Source: Chthoniobacteraceae bacterium (lineage in GTDB: Bacteria; Verrucomicrobiota; Verrucomicrobiia; Chthoniobacterales; Chthoniobacteraceae). Taken from it: 35,773 nt of DNA. A program made the position numbers and the translations under genes. The DNA lies in NCBI GenBank assembly GCA_040081625.1, contig JBEBGD010000055.1, forward strand, positions 1 through 35,773, read 5' to 3'. The notes beneath the pieces are model-generated. The model did not search any database. It was given only the letters and a program-made list of their open reading frames with translations, and was not told where the DNA came from. How positions within the stretch are numbered: the stretch's first letter is position 1; each line of letters opens with the position of its first letter. Below are positions 25,937 through 34,552 of the stretch, one piece after another.

Positions 25937-26610
25937 GGTTCGACCGAGACGACTCCGTCCGAGACGAAGACGCGGCGCGTGCCCGTCGGGCCGACTGGCG
26001 CGAGCGATGGTGTCGAAATCGCGAGCACGCCCAGCTCGGCGCAGGCGCGCTCGACGCTCGCGCGGAAACTCGCCGCATCGAGCGCGGTGAGCGCGTCGTC
26101 GGCGCGGTCGAGAGCGAGCACCGCGGGGCGGTGGACCAGTGCGCGGGCCAGCGCGACGCGTTGCTGATCGCCCCGCGAGAGCGTGACGACGTCTTCCCCG
26201 GAGTCGCCAATCAATCCGACGAAATCGAGCATCGCGTGGGTGCGCTCCGCGGCTTCGACCGTGTCGAGCCGGAGGATCTTGAAGAGCGGGACGGCGACGT
26301 TTTCCACCGCGCTGAGACCGGGCAGTAGATGCGGTGCGGCATACACCAGCCCGATTCTTCGGCTGCGAATCGTGGCGCGGCCCTCGTCGGAAAGCATATG
26401 AGTGGGCTCGCCGTCGAGCCACACTTCGCCAGCGTCGGGCACCTCCTGCAGGCTCGCGATGCGTAGCAGAAGCTGCACGTCCGGCTCGCCATGTCCGAGC
26501 AGGAGCACCGACGTGCCCGCCGCGAAGCTCAGCGACACGTCGCGCACCTCCACGCCGTCGCGGGCGCAGGAGACCTTGCGAAATTCGAGCATGGTCGCGT
26601 CGTCGCTCAT
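25933..26610 (-). CDS. Degenerate LolD/FtsE-like ABC ATP-binding protein
   Basis: ABC scaffold visible (PDAGEVWLDG, LLPGLSAVENVAVPL, LSRGDQQRVALARALVHRP). Walker A reads GHGEPDVQ and Walker B/D-loop reads LALDRAD. Confidence 0.8.
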   Translation of the reverse strand: MSDDATMLEFRKVSCARDGVEVRDVSLSFAAGTSVLLLGHGEPDVQLLLRIASLQEVPDAGEVWLDGEPTHMLSDEGRATIRSRRIGLVYAAPHLLPGLSAVENVAVPLFKILRLDTVEAAERTHAMLDFVGLIGDSGEDVVTLSRGDQQRVALARALVHRPAVLALDRADDALTALDAASFRASVERACAELGVLAISTPSLAPVGPTGTRRVFVSDGVVSVEP

Positions 26611-27845
26611 GCGAGTTCGGGGAGTTCGCCGGTGCCGCGGCCGAATCGCTGGACGACGCACACCCAGCTCGCCAGGAGCCAGCCGCCGACAACCGCGAGC
26701 AGCCACGGCGAGATCAATTGCCACGTGACCCACAGCGCGGTGCCCTCGCCGACGCCGCGCGACACATTCTCCTGCAGCGCGCGCACGACAAAGAAGTGGA
26801 GAAACGCGATGAGGAAGAACCAGCCGAGCGGCCACCACGCATGCGCGACCATGTCGAGATGCTCGCGCCACGCGCGGCGCCACGAACTGGCGTGCAGCGC
26901 GAGGCTGACCTGCACGCCCGCGCCGACGATGATGACGCCGACAATCGCGAGGCGTGCGAGCACCAACCCCTGCGTGAGGAGGGCGTGTTCGGGGAACCAC
27001 GCGGCGAAGGTTGGAATGTTTTTCAGCATCAGCGGCAACTCGATCAACACGACGCCGAGCAGCAGCACAAGCGCGGACCACTGCAGCACGCACGTGAAGC
27101 GGCGGATCGCCACGTCGATGAGTGCCGCCGGATCGAAGGTAAGCCCGCGCACCCATGCGTAGGCGAGCACGAGCAGGAAGACCTGGATCGCGACGCCGAA
27201 GAGATATTCGAATCCGAACGCGACGCCCGCGACGACCTGGCCCCAGCGCATCCACATCTCGGGCGGAAGAATCTGCGGCGTCGCATACACGAGCGGCTTC
27301 GCGAGCGCGGCAAGCGCGGAAACCGCGAGAGCGAGATGGATCGCGATGCCCCAGCGGCCGAAGCGTCGGCGCAGCGCGAGCAGCAGCACGTTTGCGCGGC
27401 CGCGCCAGGCGAGCAGAAGCAGCGGCGCAAAGACTGCGGCGAGCGGGAAGGTGCTGAAGAGATTGTCGAAGAGCCCCGCGAAATTCTCCGCGGCGGAGAG
27501 CACGCTCCCGCGCACCACCTGCGAAAACTCATGATGCGGAAGCCACCAGAGCGACTGCGGCGAACCGCTCAGCCAGAGCTGCGGATCCTGCCACGCGTCG
27601 CGCATCCACATGAAGATCGGGCGCTCCTCCGCGGGCAGCACGGCTGCGAGATACGCGCGCGTGCCGAGTGCGAAGAGCGCATTCGCAAAGCCGAGCACGC
27701 CGAACACAATCCACAGCGCCGGATAGCGCCGCAGCGCGCGCCAGCCGTCGCGCAGGCACTCACGCACCGGGTTCGTGCCCATCATCAGCGCGTAGCCGGC
27801 GAGCGCGCCGAGCAGGAGCCACGTGGGGTTGGAGATGGACGGCAT
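26607..27845 (-). CDS. Polytopic membrane protein of unknown function
   Basis: 412 aa with roughly 9-10 hydrophobic segments. ATGA-coupled to the downstream ABC-like gene. Confidence 0.8.
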   Translation of the reverse strand: MPSISNPTWLLLGALAGYALMMGTNPVRECLRDGWRALRRYPALWIVFGVLGFANALFALGTRAYLAAVLPAEERPIFMWMRDAWQDPQLWLSGSPQSLWWLPHHEFSQVVRGSVLSAAENFAGLFDNLFSTFPLAAVFAPLLLLAWRGRANVLLLALRRRFGRWGIAIHLALAVSALAALAKPLVYATPQILPPEMWMRWGQVVAGVAFGFEYLFGVAIQVFLLVLAYAWVRGLTFDPAALIDVAIRRFTCVLQWSALVLLLGVVLIELPLMLKNIPTFAAWFPEHALLTQGLVLARLAIVGVIIVGAGVQVSLALHASSWRRAWREHLDMVAHAWWPLGWFFLIAFLHFFVVRALQENVSRGVGEGTALWVTWQLISPWLLAVVGGWLLASWVCVVQRFGRGTGELPELA

Positions 27846-27893
27846 GGCGCGTGAGTAACGCGCGCCGCGCGGAGAGAGAAGCGGGAAGTGGCG

Positions 27894-29594
27894 TCACTCC
27901 CAGCGGCTCGACTTGCACCCGACGATCGCGAGCACGAGGCCGAGCGTGACGTGGCAGACGAGAAACCACGCGCATTGAGTGAACGGCTCGAACTTCGTCT
28001 CGGTGACGAGGCGCACCGCGTCGAAGTAACGCTCCGCGCGCAGCGTGTCGATGAAGCCGCTCCAGCTCCAGTAGCTCGCGATGAAGGGACGCACGATCGG
28101 CGCGAGCCAGTCCGGCAGCGCGAGCACGGCGCCGCTGAGCGGGATTTGGAAACCGACGAGATAGATCGACACGAGCGACGCCTGCTCGGGCGAACGTAGC
28201 AGGCTCGAGAGCCCGAGGCACACCGAGGTCAGCGCGGCATTGATCAGCACGAGCAGCGCGGCCTGCAGCAGAAATGCGCCGGGAAAATTCACGAACCAAT
28301 CCACGAACAGCGCCATCCACAGCGACTGCGCGACGATGAGCACACCGAGGAACACCGCCTTCGATCCGACGTAGGCGAGCGGGCGCAGGCCGGCGAACTT
28401 CTCCTTCTCGAAGATCGCGCGCTCGCTGGCGATTTCGCGTGCGGCGTTGTTCGAGCCGATCAGCGCGAGCAGCACGACTTGCAGCATGACGAGCCCGGAC
28501 ACGAGCGTGCCGGTGCGGACGAACTGCTCGCGCGTCTCCGCCGCGAGCAGCACCTGCTTGAGGAAACTCTCGCTGTCCGCGCCGCCGGGGCTGGGAAGTT
28601 GCGGCAGTCCGTTCAGGGCGAAGATCGCGACGAGCACGGGGAAGCCGAAGAGCAGCGCGAGTTGCAGCGTGAGCTGTCCGCGATCGCGCATGAAAAGCTT
28701 CCAGCGCCGCGCGAGCAGCACGGCGAATTGCGCGATGAGCGACGGCAGCGGCGGCGTCGCGGGAGCAATCACGGTGGGTGCGGCGCGTCGCACTTCCGAG
28801 TTCGTCGCGAGCCCGCACTCGCGGTAGTATGCCTCACGATGTTTCTGCCATGAGGCGTGCCACTCCTGCGCGGTGCGCGTGCCGAGCCGCGCGAAGAGAT
28901 ACTCCTGCCCCTCGACGCCAAAGTAATGGAAGAGCGTCTTCGGCGAGCCGTGATACACGATGTGTCCCTCGTGCAGCACAAGCACGCTGTCGTGCTGCGC
29001 GAGGTGGCGAAGGCTGTGCGTGACGTGGATCACGAGCCGCTCGCTGTTTCGCGAGAGGTCGCGCAGAAGCTTTACGATTTCGTCCTCCGCATTCGGATCC
29101 AGGCCGCTCGTCACCTCGTCCGCGAGCAGCAGGTGCGGCGCGCTGACGAGTTCGAGCGCGAGCGCCAGCCGGCGGCGCTGGCCACCGGAGAGCAGCCGCA
29201 CGAAGCGGTCCGCGATGTCGGTGAGGCCGGTGTCCTTGAGCACGCCGTCGAGCACCGCGTGGCGGTCGTCGGTGGTGAGTCCGCTCACGCGCAGGCGGGA
29301 TGCAGCCTCGATATTCTCCCACACCGTGAGCCGCTCGTAGGCGATGCTGAACTGCGGCACGTAGCCGATCTCGTGCGGATCGAGATCGCCTTCGTGCGAG
29401 AGGTCGCGTCCTTCCCAGCGCACCTGCCCCGCGGTGTGTTCGCGAAGACCTGCGATGGCCTTGAGCAGTGTGCTCTTCCCGCAGCCCGACGGCCCGAGCA
29501 CGGCTACAAGATGCCGCCGCGGAAGCCGCGCGGAGATCTCCGCGAGGAGCGTATGGCCATCGACTTGGAGGGAGAGATCCTGGAGTTCGAGCAC
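27894..29594 (-). CDS. ABCG-type (NBD followed by ABC-2 TMD) fused transporter
   Basis: GPSGCGKST, YVPQ, LSGGQRRR, LADEVTSGLD and HVTHS, then TM helices with REIASERAIFEKE. Confidence 0.9.
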   Translation of the reverse strand: MLELQDLSLQVDGHTLLAEISARLPRRHLVAVLGPSGCGKSTLLKAIAGLREHTAGQVRWEGRDLSHEGDLDPHEIGYVPQFSIAYERLTVWENIEAASRLRVSGLTTDDRHAVLDGVLKDTGLTDIADRFVRLLSGGQRRRLALALELVSAPHLLLADEVTSGLDPNAEDEIVKLLRDLSRNSERLVIHVTHSLRHLAQHDSVLVLHEGHIVYHGSPKTLFHYFGVEGQEYLFARLGTRTAQEWHASWQKHREAYYRECGLATNSEVRRAAPTVIAPATPPLPSLIAQFAVLLARRWKLFMRDRGQLTLQLALLFGFPVLVAIFALNGLPQLPSPGGADSESFLKQVLLAAETREQFVRTGTLVSGLVMLQVVLLALIGSNNAAREIASERAIFEKEKFAGLRPLAYVGSKAVFLGVLIVAQSLWMALFVDWFVNFPGAFLLQAALLVLINAALTSVCLGLSSLLRSPEQASLVSIYLVGFQIPLSGAVLALPDWLAPIVRPFIASYWSWSGFIDTLRAERYFDAVRLVTETKFEPFTQCAWFLVCHVTLGLVLAIVGCKSSRWE

Positions 29595-29631
29595 GGGCGC
29601 GGAGGATTGGAGATCGCGGCTGCGATGTCAG
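29595..29631 (-). promoter_or_regulatory. Sigma70-like promoter, near-leaderless, for the ABCG-type gene
   Basis: Minus strand reads CTGACA, 17 nt, AATCCT, CCGCGCCC, then the GTG start. Confidence 0.5.
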
Positions 29632-29650
29632 CCGCAAATCCTCGACCGCG

Positions 29651-30925
29651 CTACACGAACAGCTTCGCGACCGGTTTGCCGCCGTCAGTGATCGGGACGG
29701 GGCGCTCGTCGGCCATCAGGTTCTTGTTCGGGTTCACGCCGAGCGTCGCGAGGATGGTCGCGAAGAGGTCCGGCACGCTCACCGGTTCATCGACGATGTT
29801 CATCGCCAGTTCATCGCTCGTGCCGACACATTGTCCGGTGCGCAAGCCGCCGCCGCCGAGCATCACGGTGAAGCATTTCCCGTGGTGCCCGCGCCCGCCG
29901 CCGCTATCGAAGCTCGCCGGCCGGCCGAACTCGCCCGCGACGACGATGAGCGTCTTGTCGAGCAGGTGGTTGGCTTTCAAATCTGTGATGAGCGCGGCCA
30001 TGCTGAAGTCGAGACCCTGGATGAGCTGGTGCTGATCCTTCTGCGCGGCGTTGTGCGTGTCCCAGCCGGCGCCGTTCACGAAGTTGATGTTGTAGCCCAC
30101 TTCGAGAAAGCGCACGCCGCGCTGGATGAGCCGGCGCGCGAGCAGGCAGCGCTGGCCGAATTCATTGCCGAAGGCCGCGCGCAGCGAGTCGGGTTCCTCG
30201 GCGAGGTTGAAGGCTTTCATGAAGTCGCCGCCTTGCAGGCGGAAGCCTTCGCCGATTGCCTCGTCGTAGTCGCGCGGGGCTGCGTCGCTCGTGCGGTAGC
30301 GGAATTCCCCGCGCACCGTCGAGAGCAGGTTCTCGCGGCGCGCGGCGCGTTCGCGCGAAATGTCGGGCGGCAGCGCGAGGCCGGCGGGCCCGCTCGCGGT
30401 GTCCGTGAGATAGACGTAGCCGGCCTTCGGCCCGAGGAAGCCGGGGCCGCGCGTCGCGCTCGGGTAGCCCATGACGATGTAAGCGGGCACGCCGTCCGCA
30501 GCCGCGCCGCGCTGATCCGCGACGATGGAGCCGATGGACGGATAGACGATGCTCCCGCTCGCGAGGCGGCCGGTGTGCATGCGATTGGTCGCGGCGGCGT
30601 GCTCGTCGATGACGTTGTGATTGACCGTGCGCACCGGGATGAGGTGTTCGGCGAGCCTCGCCATTCCCGGCATGTGCTCGCAGAACTTCGCGTCGGGAAT
30701 CGCGGTGTCGATGATGTCGTAGTAGCAGCCCGCGACCTTCTTGCCATCGCCCTTGGTGGGTTTGGCGTCGAAGGTGTCGATCTGCGAGTTGCCGCCGCCG
30801 AGCCAGACGAAGATGCAGTGCTCGGCCTTGCCCATCGGGACGGGCGCGGTGTGCGCATTCGCGCCGGCGAAGCGCGGAGCGGCGAGTGCGGCGGCGGTGG
30901 TGGAGAGGAATTGGCGGCGGTTCAT
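29651..30925 (-). CDS. DUF1501 domain protein with Tat signal
   Basis: MNRRQFL, CIFVWLGGGNSQIDTFD, CLLARRL, GWDTH, GEFGR and GRGHH. Confidence 0.9.
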   Translation of the reverse strand: MNRRQFLSTTAAALAAPRFAGANAHTAPVPMGKAEHCIFVWLGGGNSQIDTFDAKPTKGDGKKVAGCYYDIIDTAIPDAKFCEHMPGMARLAEHLIPVRTVNHNVIDEHAAATNRMHTGRLASGSIVYPSIGSIVADQRGAAADGVPAYIVMGYPSATRGPGFLGPKAGYVYLTDTASGPAGLALPPDISRERAARRENLLSTVRGEFRYRTSDAAPRDYDEAIGEGFRLQGGDFMKAFNLAEEPDSLRAAFGNEFGQRCLLARRLIQRGVRFLEVGYNINFVNGAGWDTHNAAQKDQHQLIQGLDFSMAALITDLKANHLLDKTLIVVAGEFGRPASFDSGGGRGHHGKCFTVMLGGGGLRTGQCVGTSDELAMNIVDEPVSVPDLFATILATLGVNPNKNLMADERPVPITDGGKPVAKLFV

Positions 30926-30968
30926 TGTGGCGGGAGGGAGAAGGAGATGAAGAAGGAGAGGGAGAGGC

Positions 30969-33900
30969 TCAGGGGACGAAGGTAAACTCGGGCGTGAGCA
31001 TGAGCGCCCAGACGGCGTCTTCCATTCGCTCGCGCCAGTCGGCGACGAGGCGCGGCGTGGCGGGATCGCCGGCGCGGATGACGCGCTCGCGCTCATAAAC
31101 GACGGGCGTGGAGTCGGGGTGGAGATGGTTGCTCCACATCGCGAACTTCGTGACGCGCGGTTTCTTCGGCAGGTCGCCGCTCGGCACGGCGAGCACGCGG
31201 TCGGCGTAGCCATCGCGCAGCGCGGCGGTGAATGCGGCGCGCTCCTTCGCACTCGGCCCGCGGGTGAGCACGCGCTGGAAGAGTTGCGTGATGAGGGCGT
31301 CGAGCGGTTGGTCGCGCAGGGCGAGCGCGGTGAAGGCGCTGTCGTCGCTCAACCGCGTGATGCGCGCGCCGAGCACGCCGTTCGCGACGATGGCGGGTTG
31401 GAGCACGTTGGGCGCTTCCTCGCGGAGGGTCTTCGGTTCCGCGCGCGAGTCGCGCCAGCCGAAATTCACGAGCACATCGAGGAATGGCTGAGCCGCGGGC
31501 TTGCCGAGCGAGGGGCGGTCGCGCTCGTTGCTCAGGCCCACGAATTCCCACGCGCGCTGCGGGAAGCCGAGGTTGAGGAAGTCCTTGATCGGGCGGCGCG
31601 CATCGAGATCGAAGTTGAGCTCCTCGCAGTCGAACTCCTTGCCAGCGACCTGGAAGAGCGAATCGATGAGCTGCTCAGCGGTGAGGCGGCGGCGCGCGGG
31701 CGATTGGAAAAGACGCGCATCGGGTTTCGCAAAGCGCGACCCGGCATCGATCACGACGCGCTGATACGCGGCGGAGTTCATGATGAGCCGCGCGACGTGC
31801 TTGAGGTCGTAGTCATTCGCGATCAGTTCGCGCCCGAGCCACGTGAGCAGCTCCTTGTGCGACGGGCGGACATTGTCCCAATCATCCACGGGATCGACGA
31901 TGCCGAAGCCGAGCAGCCGCTTCCACAGGCGGTTCGCGACGACTTGCGCGAAGCGCTCATTGCGCGGGTCGGTGATGATCGCGGCGAGTTGCTCGCGCGA
32001 GTCCTCGGCATTGCGCAGCAAGGCGGGCAGCGGTTCGGTCGGCATCTCTGCAAAGGGAAAATGCGCGTCGATCTTCTGCCCGGCCTTGAGCGAGACGACG
32101 ACGTGGCTGTTCACGTTGAGCCCCTGCGTGAGGCTCGAGCCGGGCACCGTCACCGGCGCGCGCTGGAGCATCGCGGAGATGGCGAAAAGGTCCTCCTGGT
32201 TGAACGGATGATTCGGCGCGTCGTGGCAGCGCGCGCACTTCATCTCCATCGCGAGGAATGCGGACGAGATGATCTGCGCCTTATTCGCCATCGGCAGGTC
32301 GTTCTGCGTCGCGATGGCGAAGCCGGCGCTGCCGCCGTTGCGCGGGCTGCCTTCCATCAGCACGAGCGCGGTCGCGAAGCGATCCATCGCCCAGTTGTCG
32401 CGCAGCGCGTCCTTGAGGAAGAAGCGGAACGGGCCGGTGTTGTTGAGCGTGGCCTTGAGGATGGCGGGGTTCTCCGCGAGCACGTCCTGCCAATACGGAA
32501 TCCATTGGTCGGCCCAGCGCACGTCGGTGAGCAGGCGGTCGATGGCCTTCGCGCGCTTGTCCTTGCTCGCGTCGGCGAGGAAGGCGGCGAGTTCCTCCGG
32601 CGTGGGGAGCAGGCCGATGGTGTCGAGCGTCGCGCGGCGCAGGAAGCTCGCGTCGTCGCTGAGCGGAGCAGGGGAGACTTTCGCGGCGGCGAGCTTTGTG
32701 TCGATGTAGCCATCGACGTTGGCGAAGGGCAGTGCGGGTTTCTTCGCGACTTCGGCGCGAGCGAGGTCGTGGCGCATTTTCCAATACGCGACTTCGTCGG
32801 GATGCGCCCGGCGCTCCGCGGCGAGATCGGCGACACGCGCGGTCTGCTCGTGCGAGTATTTGCGCCAGCTATCGTCCGTGAACTCGATCACCGCGTCATC
32901 GCACGTGAGCAGGCGGAACGGCGCGCCATCCTTCGACACGCTGAGGCTCGGCTGCCCGAGTTCGGGGCGCATATTCTTCCCGCCGACGAACGTCTCGAAG
33001 ATGATGACGTGCGGCTTGCCGTCGCCTTTGATCGTGACCATCGCCTCGCTGTGCCCGGGCATGAGCAGCGCGGTTTCCTTCACGAGCTGGAGTTCGAGCT
33101 GATCGGCCACCGCGTCGGCGTCGGAGGCGCGCTGCGGACCGATGGGCTTCGGGAAAAAGCCCGAGGTCGCGACGGTGTTGCCGTCGATGGTGAGCCGGCC
33201 GCCGCGCATCGCGCGGACGAGGAAGCGATGCTCGCCCGGCGGGAGCGTGACCGCGCCCGCCATACGCACGAGATACGGAATCGAGCGGTCGCGTCGGACG
33301 CCGCGCGGCGAGAATTTCTGGATCACATCCGCGAGCGCGAACGCCGGCTCGGTCCACGACTCGGTTTTCACCGTCGGCATGTTGCTCCACGACGCCTCGA
33401 AGCCCGCCGCAGTCTTCGACGTGTCGGAGTCGTTGTTCGTCCAGTCCACGGCCTTGCCATCCGTCTCGCTCACGCCGTGCTCGAGGACATCCACACGCAC
33501 GATGCCGGGCTTGAGTTCCTCCATCGTCACCGCCGGCGGCGGAGCGACGCGGCCGAAGCGCGCCTTGAGCGTGTCGGCGCTGACGAGCTTGCGGAAGACC
33601 GCGACTTCATCCACCCGCCCGCGCAGACTCGATCCGGCGGAGCCGCCCATGGACGTGCCGATCCACACCTCGTCGTTGTCGGCCCACGGGCCGAGTTCCG
33701 TCGCGCCGCCCATGTCCCAATCGCCACCGACCATCGTGCCATCGACGAAGCCCCGGACGCTGTCCGATTTCCCAAACGTGTAGAGCACCGCGACGTGATG
33801 CCAGCCCGCGCCCGGCAGGAAGCCGGTGTTCGCCGTCCAGCGATGCCAGAAATCCTGGCTGTTGTCCGTCGCGTCGCGCTCGTCGCGGAAGACGAAGCTG

Positions 33901-34334
33901 ATGCGCGCCGTGCCGTCTTCCTCGCGCAGTCGCAGGCCCCAGTTCTGGTTGTGTGCCGGCATCCCCGCGCGTCCCGTGCGGCCCTTGCCGACGATGTAGG
34001 AATTCTGTCCGTTGGCGAGCGCATCGCACTGCACCCACGCCTCGAGGGTGATGCTGTCACCCTTTTTGAAAGTGAAGTCGCCCTTCTCATCCGGCACGCG
34101 CAGGCTCGCTCCGGGCTTCTGCAGGACGATCGAATGATTCGTCGTGCCGAAATCAGGGAACTCCGGTGGCCGCGGCCCATCGCCGAGCGTCGCGCCACCG
34201 GTGAGCAGCGACTTCGTGAGTCCGGGATTCGAGGTCCAGTGCGCGACGGGCTTGTCCTTGGCGACGATGCCGTCGTAGGTCGAGGCGAGTGAGCACGCGG
34301 CGAGGGGGAGGAGGAGGAGAGTGAGGCGGTTCAC
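30969..34334 (-). CDS. Secreted LamG + DUF1549/DUF1553 (PSD1-type) protein
   Basis: Signal peptide after the GTG at 34334. LamG motifs TLEAWV and WHHVAV; FLRRATLDTIGLLPT; CARCHD; ANRLWKRLLGFGIVDPVDD; RRLTAEQLIDS. Directly upstream of DUF1501. Confidence 0.88.
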   Translation of the reverse strand: MNRLTLLLLPLAACSLASTYDGIVAKDKPVAHWTSNPGLTKSLLTGGATLGDGPRPPEFPDFGTTNHSIVLQKPGASLRVPDEKGDFTFKKGDSITLEAWVQCDALANGQNSYIVGKGRTGRAGMPAHNQNWGLRLREEDGTARISFVFRDERDATDNSQDFWHRWTANTGFLPGAGWHHVAVLYTFGKSDSVRGFVDGTMVGGDWDMGGATELGPWADNDEVWIGTSMGGSAGSSLRGRVDEVAVFRKLVSADTLKARFGRVAPPPAVTMEELKPGIVRVDVLEHGVSETDGKAVDWTNNDSDTSKTAAGFEASWSNMPTVKTESWTEPAFALADVIQKFSPRGVRRDRSIPYLVRMAGAVTLPPGEHRFLVRAMRGGRLTIDGNTVATSGFFPKPIGPQRASDADAVADQLELQLVKETALLMPGHSEAMVTIKGDGKPHVIIFETFVGGKNMRPELGQPSLSVSKDGAPFRLLTCDDAVIEFTDDSWRKYSHEQTARVADLAAERRAHPDEVAYWKMRHDLARAEVAKKPALPFANVDGYIDTKLAAAKVSPAPLSDDASFLRRATLDTIGLLPTPEELAAFLADASKDKRAKAIDRLLTDVRWADQWIPYWQDVLAENPAILKATLNNTGPFRFFLKDALRDNWAMDRFATALVLMEGSPRNGGSAGFAIATQNDLPMANKAQIISSAFLAMEMKCARCHDAPNHPFNQEDLFAISAMLQRAPVTVPGSSLTQGLNVNSHVVVSLKAGQKIDAHFPFAEMPTEPLPALLRNAEDSREQLAAIITDPRNERFAQVVANRLWKRLLGFGIVDPVDDWDNVRPSHKELLTWLGRELIANDYDLKHVARLIMNSAAYQRVVIDAGSRFAKPDARLFQSPARRRLTAEQLIDSLFQVAGKEFDCEELNFDLDARRPIKDFLNLGFPQRAWEFVGLSNERDRPSLGKPAAQPFLDVLVNFGWRDSRAEPKTLREEAPNVLQPAIVANGVLGARITRLSDDSAFTALALRDQPLDALITQLFQRVLTRGPSAKERAAFTAALRDGYADRVLAVPSGDLPKKPRVTKFAMWSNHLHPDSTPVVYERERVIRAGDPATPRLVADWRERMEDAVWALMLTPEFTFVP

Positions 34335-34414
34335 GACGAGGGAGTGTGCCCTACATAACCCGCGAAGCACGCCGGCAGGTGGGGGATTTTGCGATAACAC
34401 TTTCGGGTGAGCGC

Positions 34415-34487
34415 CTGTAGCCGCGGCTCTTTGAGCCGCGCCGGCTTGCGGCGAGCACATACACGGCTCAGAGAGCCGTGGCTACAG
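34415..34487. repeat. Intergenic REP-like double-hairpin element (REPIN architecture)
   Basis: CTGTAGC + CGCGGCTC-TTT-GAGCCGCG + 21-nt spacer + CACGGCTC-AGA-GAGCCGTG + GCTACAG. The termini are perfect inverted repeats containing GTAG/CTAC. Confidence 0.85.
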
Positions 34488-34514
34488 ATGAAGCACCCCA
34501 CGCACATTCTCGCA

Positions 34515-34552
34515 TTCCCACCCCGGGCCGCGCGTGCCACACTCCGCGCGCC
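34515..34552 (+). promoter_or_regulatory. Possible sigma70-like promoter of the FGE-domain gene
   Basis: TTCCCA (34515-20), 17 nt, CACACT (34538-43), CCGCGCGCC, ATG. Confidence 0.4.

Noticed and set aside
31119..34292. 1057-aa plus-strand ORF
   Set aside because: Antisense shadow of the DUF1549/DUF1553 gene, with no motifs.
34335..34460. Upstream extension of the DUF1553 ORF through the REP element
   Set aside because: The signal peptide starts at the GTG at 34334, so the REP copy here is intergenic.
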